Assembly: GCA_023334545.1 (NCBI GenBank)
Contig: JAADVB010000020.1
Coordinates: 62,460 to 126,459, forward strand
Direction: 5' to 3'
From: Salisapilia sapeloensis CBS 127946
Lineage: Eukaryota > Protista > Oomycota
Length of the DNA stretch: 64,000 bases
In this document: piece after piece, positions 21,801-31,607 of the stretch
Numbering within the stretch: position 1 is the stretch's first letter
Layout of the letters: each line of letters begins with the position of its first letter
The notes under the pieces: generated by a model
Databases searched by the model: none
What the model was told of the DNA's origin: nothing
What the model saw: the letters and a program-made list of their open reading frames with translations, nothing else
Translations under genes and position numbers: made by a program

Positions 21801-24695
21801 CGTGTCCGAAGGGTTCTCCACCTTAATATCAGAGTCCATGCGCTGATGTTTCTTCACCATCGCATTCAGCTTCGAGTTGTCCATCGTCAGAGGGTCCTGC
21901 GTCGGTGGTTTCGGTGGATCCTTCAGGTCGTTCGGCATCTCTAGTGGCTTGGGCGGGTCGTTCGACACGCTGCGTTGCGTTGGAGCAAGCGGCTCGTCCA
22001 TCACCGAGCTAGACGAACCAGATGACGGCGGTTGCGACGGGGCTTCCTGCTTCACGGCAGGAGGCGCCTGTGCTCGACGTTCAATGACTTGCTTGACGAC
22101 CTTATGTTGGTAGTTGAGCTTCATGTAATGCTGCTTGAGTGTCTGCAGCATCCCTCGCTTCTCGCGTACTTTCCCTTCGTACTCCCGCCGGACATTTATG
22201 TCCTGCGTCGCATTCGCATAGTGCAGCAGCTGACGGCATTCGTTTAGCACGTCCTCAATACGCGTATGCGATTCTTCAATCGTCTGGTCGAGCTTAGTCA
22301 CGTACCCCTTGAGCTTTTCCGTCGACAAGTTCGCCAGCTTCTTCTCCAGTTCACGCAATTGCTCAGGAGACATGTGCGACGTCGTCTTGTTCTGACCTCC
22401 AGGACGCTGCGCTGCAGTCGAAGCAGCAGGAGAAGGATTCGGCTGAGCAACTGGCCTCGGAGCCTGTTGTTGTTGTTGCTGCACCTGTTGCTGCTGCATC
22501 TGAGGCTGCATCTGCTGCTGCTGAGGCTGTTGCTGCTGTTGTACTTGAGGCTGCTGTTGCACTTGCTGCTGTTGTACTTGAGGCTGCTGCTGTTGCTGTG
22601 GCTGGTTTGGGGTCGTAGAAGGCCGTCCACGCATGCTTTCATCCTGCCTACGCTTCTGTGTGGCAGCAATGATCTGCTGCAAGGCTTTATCAGCGTCAAG
22701 CATGAGTGATCCGTCCTTCTCCTTGACTTCCACAGGGTAGCTAACGACCTGACAGACCGGACACGAGCTCTTGCCGCACTGTTGAAAGTGGGAGAGCATG
22801 AATTTCGATGACGTACAGTGGCTATATGGACAGTTGTACGTCTTCGGACAGCTACCCATGTGTTTCCATAAGGCCTTCATCTCGTCACACTGCGGCGTCG
22901 CCGTGCACGCGCCTTCCGGTTGCTTGCACCACATGGCATGCCGGAGGAGAAGCAGTCGCTCCTGCTGTCGCTGAAGCACTCGCTTGCTCTCTTCCTGCCC
23001 ACCTTCACGCGTCATCTCGTGCACGCGCTTGTTGTAGTTGGATCGACGCCCTTCATCCAGCGTCGACGTCACGGCCTGGGCCTTGTGCTTGAACTGATTG
23101 ATGATCTGCATCGAGCTACTACGACTAGCTTGCGGCACCTGCGCCGTCCGATTGTTTCCGTTGCTACTGGCATTAGACGGAGGATCCTGCAGCTCCGGAG
23201 GCATCTGCAGTGGCTGCATCTGCATATTCGCGCTCTGCCTCGGCTCCGACTTGAGTGCCGGTTCGCCTGGGAACGGAATTGGCTGGGATGCACTTGATGG
23301 CGCAGCAGACGTAGCTGTTGCCGTCGAGTTGCCGTGCTGCTCCGATGCGCTCGACATCTGGCGTGGATGGGCTGCACGAAGGACCTGCTTGAGGCGTGCT
23401 TGCAACGTGTCTTTATTAATGTACTCGTCCCGAGAGCTCGCGCTACGATAAAGACTCAATTCCAGCCGCGTGGCCATGCTCGGCATTCGATTAATCCATT
23501 CCATCGGAGGATTCGTCCGCTGCATCTTCAACAGCCTCACAATGTGCTGAAACATCTCCTGTCGCAACGGCTTGTCTGCTGTAGGATTATGCCACGGCAA
23601 CAGCTTTCCGTTCGAGTTGTCTTGTGGCACACTCCTTGCGTGATTCGTACCATTGTTCCTTGCAGCCTGAGGGTTCATACCCGCTTGATTCGGTGCATTC
23701 CCGTTCGCAGGCCGATTCGACGATGCGTTCATCATGTTCGTATTGGAAGCAGGAGACCGCTGTGGCGTCGACTGGGAGCTATTGGAGGCCGATGATGGAC
23801 GATTCGACTGCTGCATACGCTGCATCTGCTGCTGCTGGAGCATGCGCATGTACATTTGCTGCTGCTGTTGTTGCTGTTGCTGATAATAGTACGGGTTCAT
23901 CATCATATTCTGCTGCTGCTGCATGTTGTAATTGTTCATGTACATGTTCGAACTATCCATGCCAAAGCCCATCATTGGATTCATCCCCATGCTCGTAGCA
24001 TTCATCCCCATGCTCGTAGCATTCATCCCCATGCTCGTGGGGTTCATCCCCATGCTCGTGGGGTTCATGCCCATGCTCGTGGGATTCATATTCATCCCCA
24101 TACTCATATTCGTTGGATTCATATTCACGCCCATGTTCATGTTGCTCATGTCCATTCCCATGGACGTCATGTTATTCCGATTCTCCATCGTCATCGTCGG
24201 CATGCCCATGCTCGCACTGTTCTGCAGTCCTTGGAACGAATCGTCAATGAGCGAGTCGGGAAACGGGATCTCTCCACCGACGGAAGAACTGTTGGAAGAC
24301 GGAGGACGACTGGAGTTCATGTTGTGTGTGTTGGACACTGGCGCACTCGACATGGGATCCAGCATATTTACATTCGCGCTACTGTTCGTAGGCGTCGGAT
24401 TGCCTTGTCCTGCACTCGAGACGTTAATCGAGATCGACGGGTCGTTCTTGGGCGACTTGAGTTCATCGGGGAAGTCGATCATATCGGCTTCCGTCGACGT
24501 ATTGCCGCCCATGGAGCCGCCCATGAAGACCATGGGGTCCATATCACCATTTCCGAAATCAATGCCGCCGTTCCCATTGGAGAAATCGAGACCGTTGTTG
24601 TTCGTATTGCCGTTGGACATGTTGTACGGATTGAAGAACTGGTTGTCATTCGGCATGCCCATATTCATTTCGTTCACAAACGAGTGTGGATCCAT
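18801..24695 (-). CDS. CBP/p300: CBP/p300-family histone acetyltransferase (KIX-like, TAZ, bromodomain, RING/PHD, KAT3 HAT, ZZ, TAZ)
   Basis: TAZ QQERLLLLRHAMWC; bromodomain FGWVFNSPVDP…PMDLGTVKKKL; HAT YISYLDSVNYF and HLWACPPLKGDDYILYCHP; ZZ CNNC…CHVCPDYDVCDEC; C-terminal TAZ LVHSSNC…CKVPRC. The likely start is MDPHSF, after a 5'UTR intron acceptor. Confidence 0.97.
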   Translation of the reverse strand: MDPHSFVNEMNMGMPNDNQFFNPYNMSNGNTNNNGLDFSNGNGGIDFGNGDMDPMVFMGGSMGGNTSTEADMIDFPDELKSPKNDPSISINVSSAGQGNPTPTNSSANVNMLDPMSSAPVSNTHNMNSSRPPSSNSSSVGGEIPFPDSLIDDSFQGLQNSASMGMPTMTMENRNNMTSMGMDMSNMNMGVNMNPTNMSMGMNMNPTSMGMNPTSMGMNPTSMGMNATSMGMNATSMGMNPMMGFGMDSSNMYMNNYNMQQQQNMMMNPYYYQQQQQQQQQMYMRMLQQQQMQRMQQSNRPSSASNSSQSTPQRSPASNTNMMNASSNRPANGNAPNQAGMNPQAARNNGTNHARSVPQDNSNGKLLPWHNPTADKPLRQEMFQHIVRLLKMQRTNPPMEWINRMPSMATRLELSLYRSASSRDEYINKDTLQARLKQVLRAAHPRQMSSASEQHGNSTATATSAAPSSASQPIPFPGEPALKSEPRQSANMQMQPLQMPPELQDPPSNASSNGNNRTAQVPQASRSSSMQIINQFKHKAQAVTSTLDEGRRSNYNKRVHEMTREGGQEESKRVLQRQQERLLLLRHAMWCKQPEGACTATPQCDEMKALWKHMGSCPKTYNCPYSHCTSSKFMLSHFQQCGKSSCPVCQVVSYPVEVKEKDGSLMLDADKALQQIIAATQKRRQDESMRGRPSTTPNQPQQQQQPQVQQQQVQQQPQVQQQQQPQQQQMQPQMQQQQVQQQQQQAPRPVAQPNPSPAASTAAQRPGGQNKTTSHMSPEQLRELEKKLANLSTEKLKGYVTKLDQTIEESHTRIEDVLNECRQLLHYANATQDINVRREYEGKVREKRGMLQTLKQHYMKLNYQHKVVKQVIERRAQAPPAVKQEAPSQPPSSGSSSSVMDEPLAPTQRSVSNDPPKPLEMPNDLKDPPKPPTQDPLTMDNSKLNAMVKKHQRMDSDIKVENPSDTSSVALQASTSNATAAATETPTSMLNELSDEDLSAHIESLTKLYNATMPQAQLKKRLEALLRGMMEHKFGWVFNSPVDPEALGIPNYFKVIRRPMDLGTVKKKLDAGVYKHMAQFAHDVRLTFHNAMTYNSEEQDVYNLAKDMLRDFNAEYRKLEQEIDAAEAAARKQENTCRLCGVERMLFEPPVLYCGGECNGRIRRNCFYYCSPDNKFHCCHQCHGALPETVKQVDGRVYKKSELTKRKNDEVHEEPWVQCDDCNSWVHQICALFNGKIDAEKKPVQVSTEAAEKSQVSRAPTSVHSISTTSGSEFLCPECLLAKRKVDPDKYAVGKQTFNAKDLERTKLSDYLEHRINQSLEDERKDEAKHTNKSVEQVETAKPLTVRLVSNIEKSLMVRDKMYQRYKDSHDYTSEHRFKSKCICMFQEIHGVSVLLFGMYVHEFDEHESRSNARRVYISYLDSVNYFEPPHLRTKVYHELLIAYLDFAKQRGFHTAHLWACPPLKGDDYILYCHPEVQKTPKSDRLRQWYVDMLLQAQREGIVNKVSNIYDEYWRDDLPACRLPYFEGDYWVGIAEDLIDKIESEKPKKAVGGKRKVGKKGKKSKKRKTLQGVDTSDVTEEMGDVETAGVYGSKRDLSSLTSDGFNQIWRKVTDPLMKKLGEVLEPMKDDFLVVNLTPSCQICSTPIVNGKYYADTSMKTPVEVNPSLKQTQTVLCEDCYTTLSTNANVQDHLSRLQQCSISLPTACSDPDEANDSEFFDTRQAFLSLCQGNHYQFDELRRAKHSSMMALYHLGNPNPNAYVYECNNCTRDIVTGNRWHCHVCPDYDVCDECYAELKHEHPLEMVPTSGIAGVGAGMGASGSTLAAAAVGGPALTDEQRQVRAKRAQNVHLHMQLLVHSSNCVDGTCTSSNCTKMKDLMRHGAQCKLRAYGGCTVCRRVWALLQLHARQCRASNCKVPRCKDLREHVRKLQLQQQMMDDRRRAAVTQHYRQKQNGQTPDEDSSTV
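22463..22600 (-). repeat. CAG/CAA polyglutamine tract within CBP/p300
   Basis: The plus strand shows runs of tgc/tgt/ttg triplets encoding QPQQQQQPQVQQQQ…; a second polyQ lies near 23850-23880. Confidence 0.85.
23980..24084 (-). repeat. 21-bp tandem repeat, 5 copies, encoding MN(P/A)TSMG in the CBP N-terminus
   Basis: Plus-strand units ttcatccccatgctcgt(agca/gggg/ggga) start at 23980, 24001, 24022, 24043 and 24064. Confidence 0.92.
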
Positions 24696-26372
24696 CGTTT
24701 CGTGCTTGATATATCTATACAACATGGTAAGTTAATATAAGAGTACTAGGTGGCGTAAGATCCCTCCAACAGCCTTCGTCCGCGGACACCACAAGGATGC
24801 TTGTCGACCTCTAGCTAGATGCGTACAGGACTCAAAACAAAATTGTATTCTTTGTACAATAGGTACACCCTCCATAAGCACATTCTACTAGACACTAGAC
24901 CATGTAGACACAAGTGTATCCTCTACGTCTCCAACGAACGTACAACCAAACTGTGGATACAGGAACGCCCGAGGACCGTGACATGGATCGGTCCCAGTCG
25001 TCCGGGATGACAAGTGGACTTGAGAGGGCTGTTGGATGGGGGAACAAGCAAAGGCTATCGCGAAAGACATACCTGATCCACGCCGTTCGCACAGTTGTAC
25101 TATACTTCGAGAATACCAGTCGCAAGTCGTAGCCCGTTCTGCGGGACGACCGATGAATGTACAAGTAAGGCGCAAAGTCCACGTCCTGTCGAGACAAACG
25201 TGAATGTCGGTTACAATGACACTTGATGCGCGCGAAAGTGAGAGCGTGGCGATGAGCCTTGCGGACGCACTTGTCGAGCTAGCGCTTCGCGAGCACAGGC
25301 CTAGTGAGAAAACTGGAGTGAGGAAGAGCGCCCAAGTTTAGCGCGATTTCGTACTTAAACGAGATTTCTGTGGCATTTTAAAGAGAACGGCCGGTACCTT
25401 ACCGGCTCTCGCTTGACACGAGGTCGAGCACATGTCGACGGAAAAGCAGCAAGGTGGGCTGTTGGAGTACTACCAAGATGGAATTTGTGAAAATGTTCAG
25501 ATAGTGGATGGGAGAGCCACAAGTTAGGGACGGAACAAGGAGAAGAGGAGGAAGGGATGGAAGTAAGGGATGTAGCCACGTTAGCATTTAGATAAGATAT
25601 CATGAAGGGCTGGAGATGCCGAACCGTACCACACTATCGAAACAACCCAACCGACTTGCTACAAGTACTTGTAGATTATACACGTGCGTTTTTTACATTG
25701 CAATCTGCCCCGTGTACTTGTCGGAAGCGCAATGGTAACCTAGAATCTCACGACAATGTTGCATCGATCCACCTTAGACATGGAAGCGTATAAATGACTT
25801 GTAAATACATTCACAAAATGTCCTAGGATATACATTGCTCAGGAGAGCTGATTGAGACTTATGTGCAGGTACCTTGAGACAAGGCACCTTCCATTTCGAC
25901 TGGTCCATCATCTTTGAATAAAGTTCGATATAAACGGTTGCGAACACCCAATATTCAATGTAAATTCGACCACTAAGTTCAGTCCTACGCTGATATGCAC
26001 TTGAGTATCCTAGCACCTGCCCAGTCAAAGCAAATAGTTGAAGTCGATCGTCAAGCCCATTCTTACTTTACATGCCGATCTAGAACGCTCCGTTTTATGC
26101 ATGCCATACTGAAATCCACTTTGATTTTGCCTGCACTGACTCTCATCAAACCAGCTGGTGGAGCTCGACATGGCTACATTGGTACCATAAGATACATCGA
26201 ATGAAGCTCTCTATGGCAAGCTTTCAAGGTGAATACGATGTAGAGTTTACAGTTATATTATGGCGAACGACTACCTATGGTAGTGGATGCAATCACGAGC
26301 ACAAGATACGATATATTGGCTTGGACATGGGTATCTTTCGTAACAAATGCACCGGCATACTTAGCATTACAT

Positions 26373-29300
26373 TCATTTGCCCACGTTAGCTTTCTTGACT
26401 GCGTCGGGAAGCTGACGCAACTGAAGTAATACCCTTTTGAAGTATGCAATCCGTTGTTCTCGAGCAGCTATCTCTTCTGTAGTGTCAGATGGAAGCTTTG
26501 GAGAAAGCCCAAACACCTTTCGGACGCGATATGGAATTGAATTTCGGGTTCGATCGTCTTTCGTGCGTTGGCCGAGCGCAGCACGAGTCTTGCGGATGAG
26601 TTGAACGTAGCGCTTTGCTTCTTTTCTAGAAACGTACGATCGAAAAGTGGCTTGGATTCGCGTCGTCATTTCTTGTCGAAGCGCTTCCTCACGCTGGATT
26701 GCTGCTTCCTCTTCCTTCAATTTCCTCTGTCGGTCTTCCTCAGCCTTTTGCAATAATTCTCGAGCCTTTTTATTTGCTTCATACTTGATTATCGAATAAT
26801 AGTTTAGTCGGTAGCATTGATGACGAACTCGATGCCCTCTCGCGTGGGTACTTGCAAGACATCTCTTGCACAACTCTTCTTCACAACCTTCACAATACCA
26901 CTGACCAACACGCAAGTCACAAGTGGCACACATGACCACAAGTGGTTCGTATTTATGTCTATACATAGGCAGAGTCGTGGTCGGCTCATCGTTCTCTGCA
27001 TCATCTTGATCTTCTTCCTCTGGACTTTTGTGCACGTGTACATAGCATGTATCGCAATAAGGTACTTGACCACGACCGCATTGTAAGCAAACTCTCGTAG
27101 AAGTGCTCATCCGGCAATGGACACATGATAATATATCACGTTTCTTATGTCCATTTAAAGGACTTGTGTCATGATCACGAACAAAGCATTCCTTACACAT
27201 TGCTGCGTCGCATTCGATGCAATAGACCTTAGCAATGGGTACACTAGAAGCAGAGTTACCATCCTCGATAGAATGACGCATGCACATGGCTTGGAACTCG
27301 TCTCCCGGAAACGGGATCGGTATACTCTTATGGCATGTGACATTATGCAGCATTCGGGGCATATAATTTACATATTTTCCAGTTCGGACGTGCCGATACT
27401 TGACTGTACGACCTCGATGATTCACATACTCGTCAAATGTTCGTGGTAGTTGGGCCCAGTACTTTGTACGAAATCGAAAGTGGCGAAACTTTCTTTTGAT
27501 AGCATCAGCTGCATGCACGCGTGCTAGATGCTCCATTTCAGCTTTCGCGAGCGGAAGTAGTCTAGCTTTATCTTTTCGCTGTTGGATGCGTTTTGCTAAC
27601 CGCTGCAATATACGAACTGCCCAGCTGAGACGATCAGTACAGTGAGTGTCAAGTGCAGCCTTGTACTTTTTGCCTCTAGGCTCAGAAGGCAGCACAAACT
27701 CTTGTATGAACTTGATAAAGTATTGATCTTCGTTTTGGTCCTCGTCTTCTGATATTTTAGATTTGGATACTCCAAACTTTTCCCGAAGAAGTAGCTGCAG
27801 CATAGCTTTAAACTTTTGAAATGGAATAGTTCGGACATTAGGTTCTTTAAACTTGGCAAACGCGACGTCTACGGATTGAACAGTTAATCCTTTCCGACCA
27901 ACAAAGTTACGTGGTAAAGACTTGAGAAAGCGAGCTGTTCGAGTGCCGTCGACAATGGCTACTCCACCAGATATATCAAGAAATACTTGCTGCCAAATTC
28001 CATGGTAACCAACGCGTTTCCACTTTCTATCGCTCAGTGATTCATCTCGATCATACAGCTTTCTATCCACATGGAAGAAATGATCAGGGCGAGCCTTTTT
28101 AGGTGACTTTCTTCCTCTATCTTTCATCTTGTGTTTATTTGGAGACCCACTAGTGGCATCCTCATCCACAAATACGTCTGGAAATATCCAGCTTTGTAGC
28201 AATAGCTCTCTTGCCAATCGTTGCTGTGATTGTATGAATAGAGCTTGACCTATGGCGTGCTGTTCTGAAAGTAGATGATGTCTTTGAACAAGACGTCGTC
28301 GGATTTTTCTTGATATGTATCTACGAGCTAGCTTCTGAAGCATTTTCGCCGCATCCCCTTGGAGTCGTATAATAGCTTGATCGCATTGTTGCTTCCACAT
28401 GCCAATCAATTTCCGGAAAGCCCGTGCAACAAACTTCATTTGATGCTGACGCTTCCGGGAATGGAAACCTCGCCAATGCTTCTGTATTTGAATAGCATGT
28501 TTATGTCTTACACGATCCCAAGCACGGCGCCTACCTTGCACCCCTCTCACGTACCTTTGGATACAAAGCGCGGATGCTTTTCGCTTTCGATTGTTCGCAC
28601 GACGTAGCAACTCCTTCTCGCGTGCTCTTCGCCGACGAAGTCGTCGCCGCTCTTGATACCCTCGCCATGCAGACTGAATTCTGACGGCACATCGATAGAC
28701 AACGGACTTGGATCCACTATTTCCTATCGCTTTGTCTTTCATGACCATCATCTTGTTCCACTTAGTTTTCAGTTCTTTCGAAGCAGTTTGCTTCAAAGAT
28801 GATGAAGCTAGTGTTTTAGCAGTAGTTTGACGCAAATACCTTTTCTGCTTTTTCCACTCTCGACGTTGATTCAACTCTTTCTTTGCTCGATGCATTCTCC
28901 ATACCTGCTGGAGAGTACAAACTGCCCAGTACACTTGCTGCCTGTGAATCAAAGCATATTTTCTAGCCTTTTGACCTCGGAAGAGTGCTTGGACTATAGT
29001 CACTCGTCGTTTATCCTTCTCAAACAAAGCTCGACGTCGTTTCAAGGCTCTTATCTTTCGCATTCGCCACTGCTGGAAGCATCTTTGTGCCTTCGTTACC
29101 ATCTTTACGTAAAACATGCGCTTCTTCCACTTTGTCATAGTAGCTTCCAAAACAGCTATCCGTTGTTTCTCTCTTCGTATATCTCTAAGTACTCTAAGCT
29201 TATGCTGAGCTTGTCGTATGCGCACATGCGTCTGAATAAGCATTGCAGCATTATATAGCTTTTTCTTGTACAAGTATGATCTCAGTTGAGCTATAAACTC

Positions 29301-30659
29301 CTGTCGACATCTCCAGCACCGTTGCAATCGAGTTGCAGCATGAATGCGCTCATTTTCACGCTCCTGCTTACGGCGTATGCCATAGTGCCGTAAGGAGCGT
29401 GTTATAATAATCGCTCCTTCATGCCTTCGAGCTTGCAGCATTAGCAGCATCTTTTCTTGTTGCCGTCTCTGCTGAAGTCGAAATCTTCTTCTCATTTTCA
29501 CCTCCTGGATAGCAAGACAACGCCGCCACCAGCATTGCAAGCATAATACACTGTTCGCGACCGCTAGAGCCCGCAGATCATCGATCCTGTGCTTCCATAT
29601 ATCCCAAGCTTGTATAAGAAACCGAAATCTTAGCTTTGTACCGACTTCTCGAAGTCGTTCAGATGCTCTTTGTTGAGCCACAGAAGCACAATTCCCGAGA
29701 CCAAAAGCATACACTACGTCCAATGGCAACCACTTTCGAATGTCTTCTGTTACATGCTTGAGCTCCACGTTCGCTTTCTTCTCATAATCTTTAGCTTGCA
29801 ACAACTTTCGCTCTAACTTATCACGAGCTCGTGCAATATTGCCATCAACTCCTGCTCTTCTTCTCTTGCAGGTAAGGTGTCCGTTAAGACCTTCCAACTG
29901 GCCATATGATGTAAATCTTATATTTCTATCTTCTATACTCATCTGGATCCTTTCTGAACTCTGTTGCTTTCTGCTTATCCTCATAGACTCCATCTTCGTA
30001 TTATTCACAAGGTCCTTTTCAGGGAGTTTTGGTTGCTTTGAAACTTCTGCCGTCCTCAGCAACGCTGTATTCATCGGCATATCAACTGCTTTCGATCCTG
30101 CTCTAATTGGTGATTGCTTACGCTGACGTCGTTTAAGTTTCCGATAGAATAGCTCCGTATCAAGTGTTGGATCATTTACGAGGTCTTCAATAGACTGTAC
30201 TCTCTCTAGTTCCTCTTGTGATAATGTCGGTAGCTGAGCTAACTTTCTCCTCGTTCGAGGTGTTACCATTTGCAGCAATGGATATGATGTTCGTGTGGCG
30301 GCTGGATGGTAGCTTTGGTCGTCATATTCTGTAGCTACTTGTTCTACGTCTTTAATAGCCCCCTCATCCATATTGTTTAAGCTTGGAGTTGGAGACTGTT
30401 GTTCAGGTTTTATCATAGCATCCAAAGACGAAGTTACCGCTACATCTGAAGTATCTTCATCTTCTTCAAGTAACTGCTTGATAAAGAATGGTTTGTTTAG
30501 ATACTGCTCTAGTGTCAGTCGCGTTGTACTTGGACCGTGGGTTCCTTCTCGACGTCTTTTGTGTCTGCTGTAATTGCCATTCATCTTATGCATCTTCTCG
30601 TTCGTTCCAAACGGATGAGGTTGGTGACAATAGGTATTTTCTTTCCGAAGCCTTGTCAT
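26373..30659 (-). CDS. Large multi-IQ-motif protein with a short p25alpha/TPPP-like domain, a WW-like domain and three B-box zinc fingers; 3' end may be spliced further
   Basis: More than 12 IQ motifs (e.g. AVRIQSAWRGYQERRR). p25alpha-like VDGTRTARFLK…LTVQSVDVAFAKFK…RTIPFQKFKAML at about 27780-28000. B-boxes CIECDAAMCKECFVRDH, CVHC…YCDTCYVHVH and CEGCEEELCKRCLASTH. Confidence 0.85.
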   Translation of the reverse strand: MTRLRKENTYCHQPHPFGTNEKMHKMNGNYSRHKRRREGTHGPSTTRLTLEQYLNKPFFIKQLLEEDEDTSDVAVTSSLDAMIKPEQQSPTPSLNNMDEGAIKDVEQVATEYDDQSYHPAATRTSYPLLQMVTPRTRRKLAQLPTLSQEELERVQSIEDLVNDPTLDTELFYRKLKRRQRKQSPIRAGSKAVDMPMNTALLRTAEVSKQPKLPEKDLVNNTKMESMRISRKQQSSERIQMSIEDRNIRFTSYGQLEGLNGHLTCKRRRAGVDGNIARARDKLERKLLQAKDYEKKANVELKHVTEDIRKWLPLDVVYAFGLGNCASVAQQRASERLREVGTKLRFRFLIQAWDIWKHRIDDLRALAVANSVLCLQCWWRRCLAIQEVKMRRRFRLQQRRQQEKMLLMLQARRHEGAIIITRSLRHYGIRRKQERENERIHAATRLQRCWRCRQEFIAQLRSYLYKKKLYNAAMLIQTHVRIRQAQHKLRVLRDIRREKQRIAVLEATMTKWKKRMFYVKMVTKAQRCFQQWRMRKIRALKRRRALFEKDKRRVTIVQALFRGQKARKYALIHRQQVYWAVCTLQQVWRMHRAKKELNQRREWKKQKRYLRQTTAKTLASSSLKQTASKELKTKWNKMMVMKDKAIGNSGSKSVVYRCAVRIQSAWRGYQERRRLRRRRAREKELLRRANNRKRKASALCIQRYVRGVQGRRRAWDRVRHKHAIQIQKHWRGFHSRKRQHQMKFVARAFRKLIGMWKQQCDQAIIRLQGDAAKMLQKLARRYISRKIRRRLVQRHHLLSEQHAIGQALFIQSQQRLARELLLQSWIFPDVFVDEDATSGSPNKHKMKDRGRKSPKKARPDHFFHVDRKLYDRDESLSDRKWKRVGYHGIWQQVFLDISGGVAIVDGTRTARFLKSLPRNFVGRKGLTVQSVDVAFAKFKEPNVRTIPFQKFKAMLQLLLREKFGVSKSKISEDEDQNEDQYFIKFIQEFVLPSEPRGKKYKAALDTHCTDRLSWAVRILQRLAKRIQQRKDKARLLPLAKAEMEHLARVHAADAIKRKFRHFRFRTKYWAQLPRTFDEYVNHRGRTVKYRHVRTGKYVNYMPRMLHNVTCHKSIPIPFPGDEFQAMCMRHSIEDGNSASSVPIAKVYCIECDAAMCKECFVRDHDTSPLNGHKKRDILSCVHCRMSTSTRVCLQCGRGQVPYCDTCYVHVHKSPEEEDQDDAENDEPTTTLPMYRHKYEPLVVMCATCDLRVGQWYCEGCEEELCKRCLASTHARGHRVRHQCYRLNYYSIIKYEANKKARELLQKAEEDRQRKLKEEEAAIQREEALRQEMTTRIQATFRSYVSRKEAKRYVQLIRKTRAALGQRTKDDRTRNSIPYRVRKVFGLSPKLPSDTTEEIAAREQRIAYFKRVLLQLRQLPDAVKKANVGK

Positions 30660-31607
30660 CGTCGTGCAGTATGCTCGATCGGGTATCGAGGAAAAGTGCT
30701 ACGGCATGAATGAGTGCGCTGGGTGTCTTTCAACATGTCTGGACAAAAAGCTATTTTTGGATAAATACAGAGATGACACAAGTTTGATGTTAAAATGACT
30801 ACTTTAGCTGATGACAGTGGATAGAATCAAGCACTCTCCTAGCTCAATCCTCTTTTAGACTCGTGTACTGCTTTCAAATGCGAATGTGCTCGCTGCATTT
30901 ACAATTAAATGGTAACGTATCGATGCTCTTTGTACTAGACTTGCAAGATACCTTGAAAGCATGGCCCACGCCACATCTAGCGAATAGAAATGGAGTTCCA
31001 ATCAGGGGAAACTAGGCTACATCCATCTCTTTCTAAAAGAGCTTTGAACGCTTCTTGACGTAGTGATCCAGCTGCAATGGATCCTTTAATTAGTTCAATC
31101 AGATTCTTCTCGACTTTGCTTTTCTTGCGTAAGAATAACGAAATATTTTTGTAGGAATCTCAACCAACTTGTCCTTCGTAGCCTACTAGCATGCGCTGCA
31201 TACGCTACACAAGTACCGTCAACGAATGAAGATTTAAGCTAGAAGAGCTGCTCATTAGATCAAGCTGCACATACCCCGATACAAAGTCTTCTGCAAGCGC
31301 AATCGGTGTCAAAGCAACTAGTACGATCTTCGTTGCTCAATCAGAAATAAAAGTATTCTCAATCTACTTCATATGCTCATACAGTAGTACACCAGTAGTT
31401 GGATACAGATGCCTGAAATTTTAAAACAAAGATGCTTCCTCGACACACAGCGTCTACGACAATAAACGCACATGACATGGTAATACAGACTCATCCTACG
31501 ACTAGTATATGCAGCAAAGGAATTTTATTGCCAATATACTGCATCTTCATCATTGCAAAGAAAATGATTTTTTCGTCTACGACCGATCCGTAGACACTTC
31601 GTACGTC

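Noticed and set aside
23980-24084. 21-bp direct repeats as a possible CRISPR-like array
   Set aside because: The units are contiguous with no unique spacers, in frame inside a eukaryotic CDS, and no cas genes are present.
23856-24740. His-rich (294 aa) and hydrophobic (267 aa) plus-strand ORFs with repeats
   Set aside because: Antisense readings of the Met/Asn-rich, repeat-containing CBP N-terminus (ATG reverses to CAT).
24740-26372. Largest apparent intergenic gap, searched for a transposon or ncRNA
   Set aside because: No terminal repeats, transposase/RT fragments or structured RNA were seen. It is probably the CBP promoter and 5'UTR intron plus unresolved 3' exons of the IQ gene.
30780-31500. 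Short exon-like minus-strand segments between the IQ gene and the microprotein
   Set aside because: Several frames are partly plausible but none is supportable without transcripts.
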